This document shows, piece by piece, positions 51,210 through 64,000 of a stretch of 64,000 nucleotides of DNA. The number at the start of each line of letters is the position of its first letter. The first letter of the stretch is position 1. The stretch comes from Phoronis australis. Its lineage: Eukaryota; Animalia; Phoronida. A program made the position numbers and the translations under genes. The stretch is taken from NCBI GenBank assembly GCA_002633005.1, contig NMRA01000381.1:369057-433056 (forward strand), given 5' to 3'. The notes beneath the pieces are model-generated. The model was not told where the DNA came from. It saw only the letters and a list, made by a program, of their open reading frames with translations, and ran no database searches.

Positions 51210-51472
51210 AACTAGATAACCAGCGCGTCGATGCTAAATCAAAACCGCCCTCATGTCAACAAGGAAGTGAAGATGAAGGTTAAAGGTCACATCTATCGCC
51301 TCTGGTGGCAGACTTAGGAACTAGAATTATTGTAAGAACGGGTGACGTCATCAATTACTGCACACTTCGTGTTTGCAGTTGTCAAGAGCAACAGCAACTC
51401 AGTTACTGTTCTGTAAGCAAGCAACCACTGTCAGACGTTGTATTGGTTCTCGACGCTTTCAGTACCGAGCAG
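51210..51472. promoter_or_regulatory. Compact bidirectional promoter between CLCN6 and SAXO4
   Basis: Divergent starts; CRE TGACGTCA at 51343-51350; RFX X-box-like GTTGTCAAGAGCAAC at 51378-51392; probable non-coding first-exon donor CAG|GTAATT at 51472. Confidence 0.6.
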
Positions 51473-51963
51473 GTAATTTCTCACTCATTTTGCATCTTGT
51501 ATCACTCAGAAAAGCGAGAATGTATAACTTGAATCAATGCAAATTTATTAGCTGCTCAGTTTTGACAAGTATTTTTGCTGTCATTCAGTCAGAATACAAT
51601 AGTGGGGATGTACTTGTCAGGTGTTGCCTTGACAAACATTATGCAGCTAGCTGCCTGGTTGGTGTTTCCACAGCCAATACTTTGGCAGCAATGCCTGATC
51701 TCAGTTATAGTTTGAGTACCTGACTCGATCGAGTTCACTAGTCAAGACAGTGAAAAGTTAGCTACTGAGCTGTATGAAGGCTAGTGAAAAGTGTCACTAG
51801 GCGTCAACATGTGGCAGCCTTCATTTCAAGCCTGCCTGCTTTCTGCACACATATTTGGCCTCTCATTCACATTGCCAGTAAAATGTTAGTAAAGGTAACC
51901 GTACGTATATATTTCAACAGTGGACCATATTTCTGTTAATTTGCCTGTTTCTTTTCAGACACA

Positions 51964-54900
51964 ATGAATAGTACGTTGCCAAAAGGACCTGGCACTCGGC
52001 ATGTCCTGGCTAGTTATGGACCCGATTCAAACTTATACAAGTTTTACTCTACTCAGTATTCAACTTCATACTCACAGAACTGGGACAAATTCAAGCCAAG
52101 ACCCGGCAAACACACGGGAACTGGCTACTTGTCTAACTTTAGACCTGGTGTGTATTACAGTGCACGCTTAGATGAGTTGGACAATCCAGCAATGGGGTAA
52201 GTGCTATGTACTTGCAATTCATACTTGCTCCATTTTGCATGATAGGCCTATCTCTTGTAAATCTTCCAACAACTCAGTATCCATATATTGTAAAAGCGAA
52301 AAAGCGTAGCAAGTTACTGGCACATTACAAAAACATCAAATTTCAGGTTTCAACACCAAATGGCAACAATTTCTAAATTGAGGCTAATCCAATCTAGTCC
52401 ATTGTTCAGTATTCCTGTGCTCTCTAGTCTGGCATCAAGACTTGCAGCTGGCCAGTTATCTACCATGGTTCAAAAAGTTAATCTACGGATTAAGATGAAC
52501 TCTATTCATACTTTATTTAAACTGTAATTGCTTGTGTCCACTTTTTGTAATTTGACCTTTCAATTTCTTGTTTTAGGCGCATTGTTGCTGGCAATTATAA
52601 ATCCATCACTCACAAGCAGTTCCTGCCATATGAAAATCCATCTGGAAAAGAGATTTTACCAAACCAGGTTCACCAAATTGGAACTGGATTTGTCCGACAG
52701 AAACCCATCACCGCACCTACACATAACGAGGTAATTTAATTACATTGAACTTCTTTCCAAGTACACATGCGATTAGTCACAAAAGCAGTCCATTCTCAAC
52801 TGACTAATATGTTGCTTTTGGCACAGTTAAGTAAGGGACTGTAATTTCCATCTTAAATTTGAGTTTTCAGTAATGTGTTGACTATTGCCATTCCCACGGA
52901 AACCAAACTAAATCCCATGTAATTTTAGTTAAAAGTACCAGTTCACTACTTGTAGAGCAGCCGGTTAAGATGGATGAGATCTTGAATTGCTGAAAGTTTG
53001 TACGTGCATTGAAACAGTTTGTATTAACTACTTGTCATTGAACTAGGACTCCTTATGTATAATGATCACTTGTGCTTCTTGAATTAAATCATTTCATGGG
53101 TTGTTACAAAAACAGGCATTAATGAGCTGCCAAATGTATACCTCAGCCTTGTGGTTCTAGTGGTTTACTGTATATTTATTCCATCTTCTTTCAGGTTAAA
53201 GGTGTTTGCATTGATACTAGATCTGCAAATGCTGTCAATGACATCTTGCCTAAACACAAGCCTCATCTGCACAAAATTCGAAGTAAAAATCCTGTTGAAC
53301 TGGAGAACACAGGCTATGTAAGTTAAGATTATGTTAAGTATCCTCATGCTAGTTATATAATGTTACTCCTACTAAAATCATTCATTTGTTTTTTGTTTTA
53401 AAAATGTCAAACAGTTGAAAGTTACTGGCAATTGAATCCATTACAACATATCTTTGTGATAAATCAAATGATGTTTTACGTTTTTCAAACTAAGATCATA
53501 TGGTGAGAATAGCTAAAGTAGATCGATTAAATTGTGAGAACTTACTTTTTATGCTTGTTTTCACAAATATTAAGTAATTACCATAATTAGGTTCATTTTG
53601 CACGCATGCGCAATGTAATGCTTGCCCATAATTTTTTAATATTCCAATTTAAACACCCATTAATTACAGTAAATTGGAAAGTTACATGATTAAAATGTAT
53701 TAATTGAATGTTTGTATCCAATACAATATACTAAATTTGCGTTACACTTGTACTCCTTCAGGGCCCAGCTTTTATGTCCACAGAGACACATACTCTGTAT
53801 CAAGGTGAGCAGCCCGATAGAAGTGACCTGTCAACAAAGACCTTAGGCTACAATGGTATCTCTGGATTTGTACACAACAAAAATGTAGAGCCGGTCACTT
53901 TCAATCCAGACTGCGCTCACAAGGGAGACAGGCCAGGCTACTATACGAACCGTCCAACAGGTGTCTCTGTAATGAACACATCGTTCTGTCCACTGAAGTA
54001 CCCTCATGTAAGTTGATTGTCTACTCGGTTACTACTATGATGGTTACCGTAAGAATAAGAACATGTCAGAAAGCCATGGTCAGAGATGAAAACGTGCTAG
54101 GGAGCAGTTGAGTTGTAGCAATTTGTGTGCCAGTGTGAAGCATTGCTTTTAAGAAGACAGTATAATATGTTGCTTCAAATCGTGATAACACTGAGATAAT
54201 AAGTTCTTTCTATGGTTATCTCTTAGGGAGCAGAACCTGTGCCTAAGCTGGCCGCCCGCTCTGACCGAAACACTGGATTTACAGCAGACACCAAGTCAAA
54301 GTCTGCCTTTGCTCACAGGGTTATGGAAGACGTAAGTATGTCACTGGGAAAGTAACAGCACTGAACTACATTGCTGAAGCTGAGACAAGGATTTAATAAT
54401 GCGTACACTTAGCTGCTTGTAGGTGTATTTATTATTCAACAGTCATCAGCATATTCAAATTAGCTTACTTGTTACTTAATATCTAAAAATTTAAAGAATA
54501 ACAAACCAACTTGTTTAGTCAGGACATATGGATTATTTTTACTTCAAAATTATCTCGAATATGTCAATCCCTTTACAGGCTTATGACAAAGCTGGTGATA
54601 TACCTACATCAAGACTGCTTCATATGCAAAAAACTGATCCAACAGAGTATCTAAATGCTAATTACCCAAACAATCATTCAAGGTAAGTACCATTTGTGTC
54701 AAGATAGCAAGACCATCTTCATACTGTATTTGCAATTGCCTTATGAGATACATGGAAAATGATGTACCACATATGTAAGGGTCATTGCATGCTCAAGGCT
54801 TGAATTGAAAAACTCAAAATCAGGGGTTGGGCATGAGGGTCAAGTAGAATAGAACTTGCTGAGTGGGCAATCCAAACTGAATTAGTTGAAAATTAAGTTG

Positions 54901-57900
54901 TGGACATTTAGCTGATTTCTGTTCATAGCACCAGCACCATAGAGTATCTGCTCTGGTATAAGGTCTTGGGCTGGAATAACGAGGGGCGGTCTTATACCTG
55001 GGTGGGGTTATACTGTGCATTCAAATGCCTCATGCACTGATCACATGAAATAAGCATGCTCCGTCAGTTCTATTTTTATACAGGCAGCCTAGCTAAAGGC
55101 CCAAGCATGAGTGTAAGAGGGGATGTACTTATACCTGAACAGGTGGGCTTATATCTGTGCAGGTTATACGCGAGAATACTACAAAAGTATATGTCTTGGA
55201 GGTGGGTTTATAATGAGGGGTTGGTCTATACCAAATCGAATAGTTTATTTGTGCAATAACATAACACAGATTAGAATGAGATCAATGGTGACAGTTTAAT
55301 CCTATTTCACCAATGACTGCGTATTAACTAGATTCCTCGTTTTCTTCTCAGTATTACCAGTAAAATCTACCAAGGCCAGCAGTTACCCAGTGTCAGTTTA
55401 CCAGATCGTCTCAATAGGACAGACATTGGCAATAAAGAGCTAAGTGGCTACAGTGAAAACAATGATAGATTTGTTCAAACTAGCGACAATCCTCTGCGCT
55501 TCATCACTCATTACTCCACCAGGTGAGTCTTGTTGTAGTCCTAGCATTCTAGTCAGAACCCAGACTCTTGATTAGTATTCGAGTGTGGCAGTGGCGGATC
55601 TAGGATATCACAAGGGGGGGGCCAACATTTTGTCCGGCTGTAAGCATTTGTGCAAACTAAACCACGATTGTAGATGCGCATAGCACCGAATGGGGGGAGG
55701 TCGGGAGGGGGGTTTGCCCCCCTCCCGCTCAGGAAATTTTTCTGTTTTTACCTCTAAAAATCAAGCATTTTCCTTGATTCCTGAAGTATTATCCAAGAAA
55801 AAAAGGAAAAAAAAACAACACGGAGAACGTGTCAAACAGGAAAAACTGAACGTACCAAAGACTCGAACTCACGACCTGGGACATAGAGAGCGCGTGCGTT
55901 ACCACTACACCACCACGATTAACTACAACACTCATACTAAAAGACCTACTTGTTTATGGTCCACAGCGTTTGTGCGCGAAACCTACTTCTTTTCGTAATG
56001 CTTATTACACGTTTTATATTTTGTGCCATCAATTGTTAACAAATTTGTCGTATTTAAAATAGTCTTCAAATGCCCAAAAGACCAAATCCGTTTTTCGTGT
56101 TGGCAATAATGACGGGATTGCTGTGGAAATCGTCTTAAGATAAGGTTTGACAAAGAGAGTATTGCGAGTTTCNNNNNNNNNNNNNNNNNNNNNNNNNNNN
56201 NNNNNNNNNNNNNNNNNNNNNNNNNNNNNNNNNNNNNNNNNNNNNNNNNNNNNNNNNNNNNNNNNNNNNNNNNNNNNNNNNNNNNNNNNNNNNNNNNNNN
56301 NNNNNNNNNNNNNNNNNNNNNNNNNNNNNNNNNNNNNNNNNNNNNNNNNNNNNNNNNNNCCGGGCCCCCTGGGCCCCCCCCCCTAAATCCGCCTATGTGT
56401 GGTGAAGGTCCCTGACATTTGCAGTTCTTGATTGCTGGGTTTGTATCAAGGATGAGGTCAACCATTGTATTTAAATCAGCAGAACGTAAAAAGTATGCTA
56501 CTTAAAAGTTGTGATTTTCATTCCCACAACACGTAACTCGAACAAGCACATTGTTTTGTATGCAGAACAACACTTGTTTGCCTATTTTCGTATCTCATAA
56601 AGGTTATCGAAAAGGAACAACATGGCATTGAAATTACTGTCTCGGAAAAATTACCGAAATGAAAGAAATGAGACGCTTAGAAATGTTGAAATTGAATATA
56701 TATCGTAGGGTAAAAAATCTGTCCTTGTTGTCAAGATCTATACCATACCTAATTGGTAATAGCATCTGAGTTCGAGACTATACCAACATTAATTCTTTGT
56801 ATTGCTGTACAAAATTTTGTTCGAAACCCACTGATGAACAGTCTGCAAAGGATGCTATCTATGTTCGCAGTGAATGAAATTAAATGACATGCATGCATCA
56901 TCAAAATTTGTTCTTAGAAATTTACTCGAGGCCAAAGACGAGCATAGTTGGTTCTGGTCTATACCCCAGTTAGCTCACTGATTAAAAATGCCGTCCGACA
57001 CCTGTTTCAGTTAAGGCCAGTTTTGTGTTTTTGAAAGGCACCTATGCAAGGGTAAACAAGGTTTGAAATGCCATGACTTGCAAAGCAATTAGTAAAAAAC
57101 AAATACCACATAATTTATGCTCGTCTGAGGTGGACTTTGTTTTTTGAAAAGTGAGCAACTAAAAATGACGCACCTACGTCATTTTTAAACAAAGACCAGA
57201 ATCAGCTATGAAGTTTTTTATTGGAACTTGTTCACAACACATTCATTTTAATTATAAAAGTCAATTGCTATTGTGGAAAGGAATATTTTGATAAGTATTT
57301 CATGACTTTTCATTTTTAGACTTGTGCTGGGAGATCTGCATGTTCATTGAAAACTACAAACTTGCTTTCCATTGCACTATCAAAGTTTGATTCAGTCCAC
57401 TTGCCATTAGCCTCAAACTGTTCCTTAGTCCCTTTAGAGGTGATTTCATGGCTTTGACAAACCTCACAATTGGTGATTGCTAAAGACCAGGCTTGACTAA
57501 TTGCCTTGTCACAGCCTGTCATTTTATGCAACGAGCACATTCTCAAATAATCAACTGGTGGGATTTTGAAAACCTAAAAATAACTTGCCATTTGAGTTAG
57601 GAACAAGGTGAGACAAATTTGATATCCATGAGGTGTCAAAATAAGTTTTCAACTTGGACAAAAAGTGGGTATATAGTCACTGTACACTTAAATCGTATTT
57701 GGCTTTTGTCCTGTGCAGTTCATTGGGTGTGCTTGTATTCTGCAGATGTGAAAATCTCAGGAAAATGCCATATTTATTACAAGTAATTGCGCTAGCTTCC
57801 CTTTGCAAGATTTTTGCGTCTGCAAAACTGACAGTCCAGTTCATTGCATCATATTTGTATTAACCTAATCCTGTTGTATTTAGGTATACGGATTTCACTC

Positions 57901-58326
57901 CATATGGAAAAGACAGAGAAGGCTTCTTATCAGGTGGCGTGCAACTACAGAAAAAAGATGGCTATACTAAAAACACGTCTGTCCACTCATTTGGTGCAGA
58001 TTTACAAACAACTGCTACACTAAGGCGGCTGGCTCCATATGTAGCTCGGTGAGTTGCGACTTGATGCAATAATTATTGATGTAAAACAATTTAGCAATAA
58101 CAATTTTGACAGTAACTTACTTTCTACATATGAAAAATTGCACTATTTTTCATTGACTTACAAACCAATAAAGAAGTGTATGAATGTCTCATACATTAGA
58201 ATTTGAAAATAATGTGAAGTTTATCTGTGTTTCAGGAGTGTTAAGGCAAGAGATCCCTTCTATGATGACCATACCCATGATCACAAGCAACAGATGGTCA
58301 AGCAACCGCTTGTGTCAGTTAGCTAA
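51964..58326 (+). CDS. SAXO4: Stabilizer of axonemal microtubules 4 / protein phosphatase 1 regulatory subunit 32, 9 coding exons, ~463 aa
   Basis: Phase-consistent GT-AG exons: 51964-52196, 52577-52730, 53195-53317, 53762-54007, 54227-54331, 54579-54682, 55352-55522, 57884-58048, 58236-58326. KFYSTQY..FKPRPGKHTGTGYLSNFRP..LDNPAMG, GPAFMSTE, GNKELSGY and RSVKARDPFY resemble PPP1R32/C11orf66; AATAAA at 58368. Confidence 0.88.
55589..56397 (+). mobile_element. Family B element copy 4 (spans the assembly gap 56173-56359)
   Basis: Same termini as copy 1; TSD TGTGG at 55584-55588 and 56398-56402. Confidence 0.9.
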
Positions 58327-59548
58327 CTGGCATATCATCAAAAACTTGTGGTTTTCATTGATTTGTCAATAAACTCTTAATGTGACTAAAAACAACATGT
58401 CTCCACGGTTGTTTGTTCACGTAACTACTATAATTCTCAGAATAGTCAGCAGGTGGTTTAAGGTCAGATGTTTAAGTATTGCTGAACATGACCACCTCCC
58501 TCCATCATAGTTTATTCATGTTCATCCACATTATCTAATGTATTTGCACGGAAACTGAATATTTTATTCAAAGCACGTCAGGCAGTGTTGCACCTTGCTA
58601 TTGTTCATGTTGCCAATATTTGTATAGTGTTATAACAAGTTTGTGTGTCATCTGCTTGCTAGGGTTGAATCTGGCATTTTTAGCGTTGTTTTGCTCAAGG
58701 GATTTTTTTGTTTTGTAAATACATTGAAAGCAATGATGTAAAATATAAATGTTGAAATAAAGACTATAAATCATTTCATTTACTACTAACCTTGCTACAA
58801 CTTATATATTTTTCTGACCATTTAGTGAACAGTGGGATGCTGTGAAATCACATGAATTTTTTTAGTGGTACCTAAATTGTTTGAGTTAGATCACTTTGGG
58901 GGTGACCTCTTTGGGTTTCCGGCAGCTTCTTTCCAGATTTGTCTGTCACGTCAATCATTTTGAGGTTAGTGTGCCACTGGTCATGAACTTGTGCGTTTGA
59001 AACGTTTTGGAAGTACCTCGAATATATCTAATCTAGTTCTCACTTTTCTTTCTAATTTTTAAAATTATTCTCATTCCATTTCTAGTAAATTGGTTTTTTG
59101 CCGAACTGTTTTTAAACTGTTGATTTCTACAATGTTATCCCCAGCAGTTTTAGTGAGTCAGTCTCGTAGATGTGAAGGTCTTGCCCCTAGGTAATTGCAA
59201 GAGTCCACGGTTTTGAGTTGACCATGTGCACTTACATGGTGATTGCATGAATAATGTCAAAATAATGACAAAAAAGAGAAAAAAGAAAACTGGAAATCAA
59301 ATCAGAGGAAATCAAAACCAAAAAGAGGAAATCCTCTTAAAAGAGGAAAACTACAAGCCCTGTCAAATGGCTAGTAATGATACAAGAATCTTGATGTGTA
59401 CAAAATCAGTGTTCTCTCATTCCGGCACTGACCCGTTGGAGTTTGACCAAATCAACCCAGTTTTGGTATACATTTTGAAACAAAAAACAAAGAAAACTCA
59501 AAATGAACAGAGTCATATTTAGCCAACAAGACTGCCTAACAATTATGT

Positions 59549-61229
59549 ACAAGAGCAACGCAGAGCGTTGAAATGCGTCCACGAATGTATTGCAAATAAT
59601 GTGCTTTTAGGGTTATTTATTTGTATCATAAAAATGGCCACTAGATGGCGCAAAAACGTACAATCCATCCAAAAACTGGAACACGCCATATTTCACACAA
59701 ATCTGTCAAGGAACTTCAAAGAAACAAAGGAAAACAGAATAAAATGAAATTGCCTCTAGTGGGCACAGCGTCCGTTGGATCCGCCTGAAAGTTGTCGTCA
59801 TCTGTTACTATCTTCATATAAATACACTTACTAAATTTAATAAAGATCCTGCAGTGGGTTTAGGAGATACAGCTATGGGCTCAAAACAAAACAAAACTAC
59901 CACTAGGAGGCGCCACAGTAGTTAGTCGCAATCATCACACTGAGAACATATACGCCAATTTTCAAAACCATCCCTAGAATGATTTGGTTGATTCAGGATG
60001 GACGCCAAAAACAAGATTTGAAAACAGCAAAAATGGTCACTAGGTGACGCAAAATACCTCGATTACATCCAAAGACAGGAAAATAGCGTCATCTCACCAA
60101 TAGATGCCTATATTTAAAATTTTATGAAAATCTGTTGAGGACCTTTGAAGATACAGAGTTAAACGTAAAAACTAGAATTGCCACTAGGGGGCACACCAGT
60201 AGTCAGATCTGTCCGAAAGTCGTCGTCGTCGGTATTTAACCATTTACTAAATTAAGTAAACAGTTTAGGAGATACAGCCATGAGCGCAAAAAACAAAATT
60301 GCCACTAGGCAGTAGACGAAGTCGTCATAAAATCATCGTCAGCCGTCCACTTCATAGCAAAAACATACATGCCAATTTTCACAATTATCCTGAAAACGGT
60401 TTGGTTGATAGATGAGTGGACGCCAAAAAACAGACTCGAAAACAGTAAAAATGGCCACTAGATGGTGCAAACTAGGTCGAATTCATCTGAAAACGAAGCG
60501 ATAGTGTAACCTCATTAACAGATGCCTGTATGCCAAATTTTATGAAAATATGTCGAGGATCTTGAAGATACAGAGGTAAACGTAAAAAAATAAAATTGCC
60601 GCTAGGTGCCACACCAATGGTCAGATCTGTCCGAAAATTGTCGTAGTCTGTTATTAACATCATATAAACATACTTACTAAATTTCGTAAAGATCCTGCAA
60701 ACTGTTTAGGAGATACAGCTATGGGTGCAAAAAAACATAACTGCCACTAGGAGGCGCCACAGTGGTCGAAGTCGTCGGAAAATCATCATCAGACATCAAA
60801 TTTATAGTAAGAACATACATGCCAATTTTCACAACCATCCTTTGACCTGTTTGGCTGATAGAGGGGTGGACGCAAAAATAGATTCGAAAACAGTAAAAAC
60901 GGCCAATAGGAAGCGCAAACTACGTCGAATCCATCCAAAAACGGGAGGATCGCGTCATCTCACTAATAGATGCCTACATACCAAATTTCATTAAAATCCG
61001 TTAAGGAATTTTGAAGATACAGAGACAAGCGTAAAAAAACTGAAATTGCCACTAGGGGGCACAACGGTTGTCGGATCCGTCCGAAAGTTCGCTCATGCCG
61101 ACCCAACACATATGCAAAATTTTATGAACATGCATCAAGGGGTTTTGGAGATAGAGCAGCGGACGCCGGACGGACGGACGAAGATGATGGCATAATGCGT
61201 CCACATATAAATATTTGGGCGCATAAAAA
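59549..61229. mobile_element. Helentron-associated (HINE/pearl-like) element with internal tandem array (~3.5 x 400-450 bp, made of ~150-bp subunits)
   Basis: ACAAGAGC head, repeated AATGCGTCC, tandem core, GGAC microsatellite at ~61160-61179, and a short hairpin followed by ATAAAAA at the end. Confidence 0.7.
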
Positions 61230-61317
61230 TATCAAATAACCAGTCATACTTCTACTACTTTTTAAAACGGGGTAAAATATCCTGATCATAGCACATCAGG
61301 ATTCCAAGATTAGAGTC

Positions 61318-62060
61318 TTATGTGTGCATTTCTTCATGTGTTCACTTAAATCACGCTGGGTGGTATACGTTCTTCCACACAAATAGCAAAGGAAGGGCTT
61401 TTCCCCTGTGTGTCTCTTTTCATTAGTAGTACAAGTACGCTTACTCTTGAACAGTTTACTACAATAAATACATTTGTACTCCTCACAACTTCAGTTTATG
61501 TTTGTCAACAAACTGTTGTCCACATTCGGCACAAAGATAAGGATATTCCCCTTTGTGTCTGCGTACGTGTGCAGTGTAACAGGTTTTATCAAGCAATACG
61601 TGCACTTCATAAAAAATATGCGCTGTTTGAGCATGACAGGTTCACGGGCAGATGTGGCATCCGAAGAGTGTGGAAACATCTCTTTACGAACCATGCCTTT
61701 CCTTGGCTCGTCTTCACTGTGAGATTTCATGTCGAGAACTCAAATGGTCCTTCCTTGCAAATTTCTTGCCACAAATATCACATGTAAATGACACATTAGG
61801 ATGAGTCCACCTATGACTGTATTTACTCACACATTTTAGTGACTTCCAACAAATGCCACAAGTGAATCTCCTTTCATCTGAGTGTCTGTTTTTGTGATGA
61901 TACATATTATGCCACGTTGCAAATGTGAGATCACATGTAGGACATTTGTATCTGATCCCAGAATGACTCCTGATGTGATTTCGATGTCCCGTTAGTCCTT
62001 GAAATAGTTTGCCGCAAGTGTCACACTTATGTGGTCCATTCTCATGAACAGCCATATGTC
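61318..62060 (-). pseudogene. C2H2 zinc-finger array exon, frameshifted
   Basis: Acceptor TTTAG at 62061; four fingers (CDTC, CPTC, CGIC, CDIC), a frameshift near 61735, then CAEC, CIYC and HTGEKPFLCYLC in other frames with a stop or deletion near 61483. Confidence 0.75.
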
Positions 62061-62954
62061 CTAAAGCAAAAGCTAACTGTAACACAATAATACTATTCAC
62101 AAGTTGGAACATGACATGTCAAGCCTGTCTGAAAAATGGAAAGACCTTGTGACCTCCTCACAAAAACTTATTTGCAAAACTTCATGAAAATCTGTCCAGG
62201 AACTCTAAAGATACAGGGACAAATGCAACACGAGCAATGCAAAGCACCGAAATGCACCTGCGACAGTACCGCAAATGGTAAGCTTCTAGGGGTGTTAAAT
62301 GGCTATTAGAGGTGCAAAATACGTCCAGAAGTGGGAAGGCATTGTTGTTTCCGTACTAGAAATTTTTTTGTCAACTTAAATCAAAGAACTCCGATGATGC
62401 AGAGGGAAATGTAAAAAATTGTCACCAGGGGCATACCAGAAATCATGCAGAAACACTGACAAACATGATGGCAGTAAGCACCCACACATGTACATGTGGG
62501 CGGATAAAAATAGTAGTGCCACTATGAGGCACAGAAGCAGTCAGATCAGTCCGAAAGAAGTCATAGTCTATTGCCAAGTTCAAAGACAGGCACATGTCCT
62601 ATTTCACAGGAATCCTGCAAGGGAATAACGATATACAGCTAAGAGTGAAAAAACGAAATTGACATTTGGGGGCTCTACTTTAGATTGTGGAAAAATCAGC
62701 ATACGCCATTGTCTTCTCAGGTTGAGGAAAGAGGTTTTTCAGCCTCAGAAAGCCACGCTTTTTTCAACCATGTGAGGAGCCAAAAACTCAATTGGAAGCC
62801 TCGGAAGTCAACAAAAACTAATGGTTTCCATGAGAGGCCAATAAGAAAATTGTAATGAATTTTTACGTCAGCAGGCAGGCTCCGACGTAGCACTTAGGCG
62901 GGCCCCAGCCAAGCTGCCGAAGGCAGCGCAGGCAGGCTCCGACGTAGCACTTAG

Positions 62955-64000
62955 AACAAACTGCCACTAGGAGGCGCCACAGTAGTCGAAATCGTCGGAA
63001 AATCATCGCCAACCGTCCTCTACATAGTAAGCATATACATGCCAATTTTCGCAATCATCCTTTGAGCGGTTTGGTTGATAGAGGGGTGGACGCACAAAAA
63101 CAGACTCGAAAACACTAAAAATGGCCACTAGGTGGCGCAAACTATGTCAAATCCATCTGAAAATGGGAGGATAGCGTCATCTCACTAATAGGTGCCAACA
63201 TACCAAATTTAATGAAAATCCGTTAAGGACTTGTGAAGATACAAAGGTAAGCGTAACAAAATTAAAATTGCCACTAGGGGGCACACCGGTAGTCGGATCC
63301 GTCCAAAAGTCGTCATCTTCCGTTGTTAACATCATATAAATATACTTACACAATTTCGTAAAGATCCTGCGAACGGCTTAGGAGATACAGTCATAGGCGC
63401 AAAAAAAAAACTGCCACTAGGAGGCGCCACAGTAGTCGAAATCGTCAGAAAATCATCGTCAACCGTCCTCTACATAGTAAACATATACATGCCAAATTTC
63501 ACAATCATCCTTTGAGCGGTTTGGTTGATAGAGGGGTGGACGCACAAAAACAGACTCCAAAACACTAAAAATGGCCACTAGGTGGCGCAAAGTACGTCGA
63601 ATCCATCTGAAAACGGGAGGATAGCGTCATCTCACTAATACGTGCCTACATACCAAATTTCATGAAAATCCGTTCAGGACTTTTGAAGATACAAAGGTAA
63701 GCGTAAAAACTAAAATTGCCACTAGTGGGCACACCGGTAGTCGGATCCGTCCGAAAGTTCGCACATGCCGTCCCATTCATGAATGGAACATATGTGCCAA
63801 ATTACTGTTCAGGACTTTTGAAGATACAAAGGTAAGCGTAAAAAACTAAAATTGCCACTAGGGGGCACACCGGTAGTCGGTTCCGTCCGAAAGTTCGCAC
63901 ACGCCGTCCCATTCATGAATGGAACATATGTGCCAAATTTCATGAACGTATGTCAAAGGGTTTTGGAGATAGAGCAGCGGACGCCAGACGCCGGACGGAC
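62955..64000. mobile_element. Second HINE-like tandem array (450-bp period), running off the window end
   Basis: 62955-63405 is repeated at 63405-63780, followed by a partial duplication and the GGAC tail; degenerate copies at 62150-62700. Confidence 0.75.

Overview
AT-rich, intron- and repeat-rich eukaryotic genomic DNA, most consistent with a bilaterian invertebrate (taxon not determined). I can assemble three intact spliced genes by hand: a two-exon class II aldolase/adducin-family gene of bacterial-like type (+, 4543-9211), a 22-exon CLCN6 chloride/proton exchanger (-, 51209-31437, ~803 aa, with one U12-type and one GC-AG intron), and head-to-head with it a 9-exon SAXO4/PPP1R32 ciliary gene (+, 51964-58326, ~463 aa). 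There is also an EcKinase/CHK-like kinase ORF (+, ~28451-29610) with an unresolved 5' end and a frameshifted C2H2 zinc-finger exon (-, 61318-62060). The rest is dense with mobile DNA: nested 5-bp-TSD hAT-like MITEs (one family carries a tRNA-like Pol III cassette), a Copia relic with LTRs and TSD, a full-length dead Tc1/mariner, a Kolobok-like deletion derivative, LINE and Penelope fragments including a hammerhead palindrome, a CAC..GTG foldback, and Helentron-type tandem arrays dense in CTCF-like motifs. No rRNA, true tRNA or CRISPR array was found. Family assignments rest on motif recognition, not database searches.
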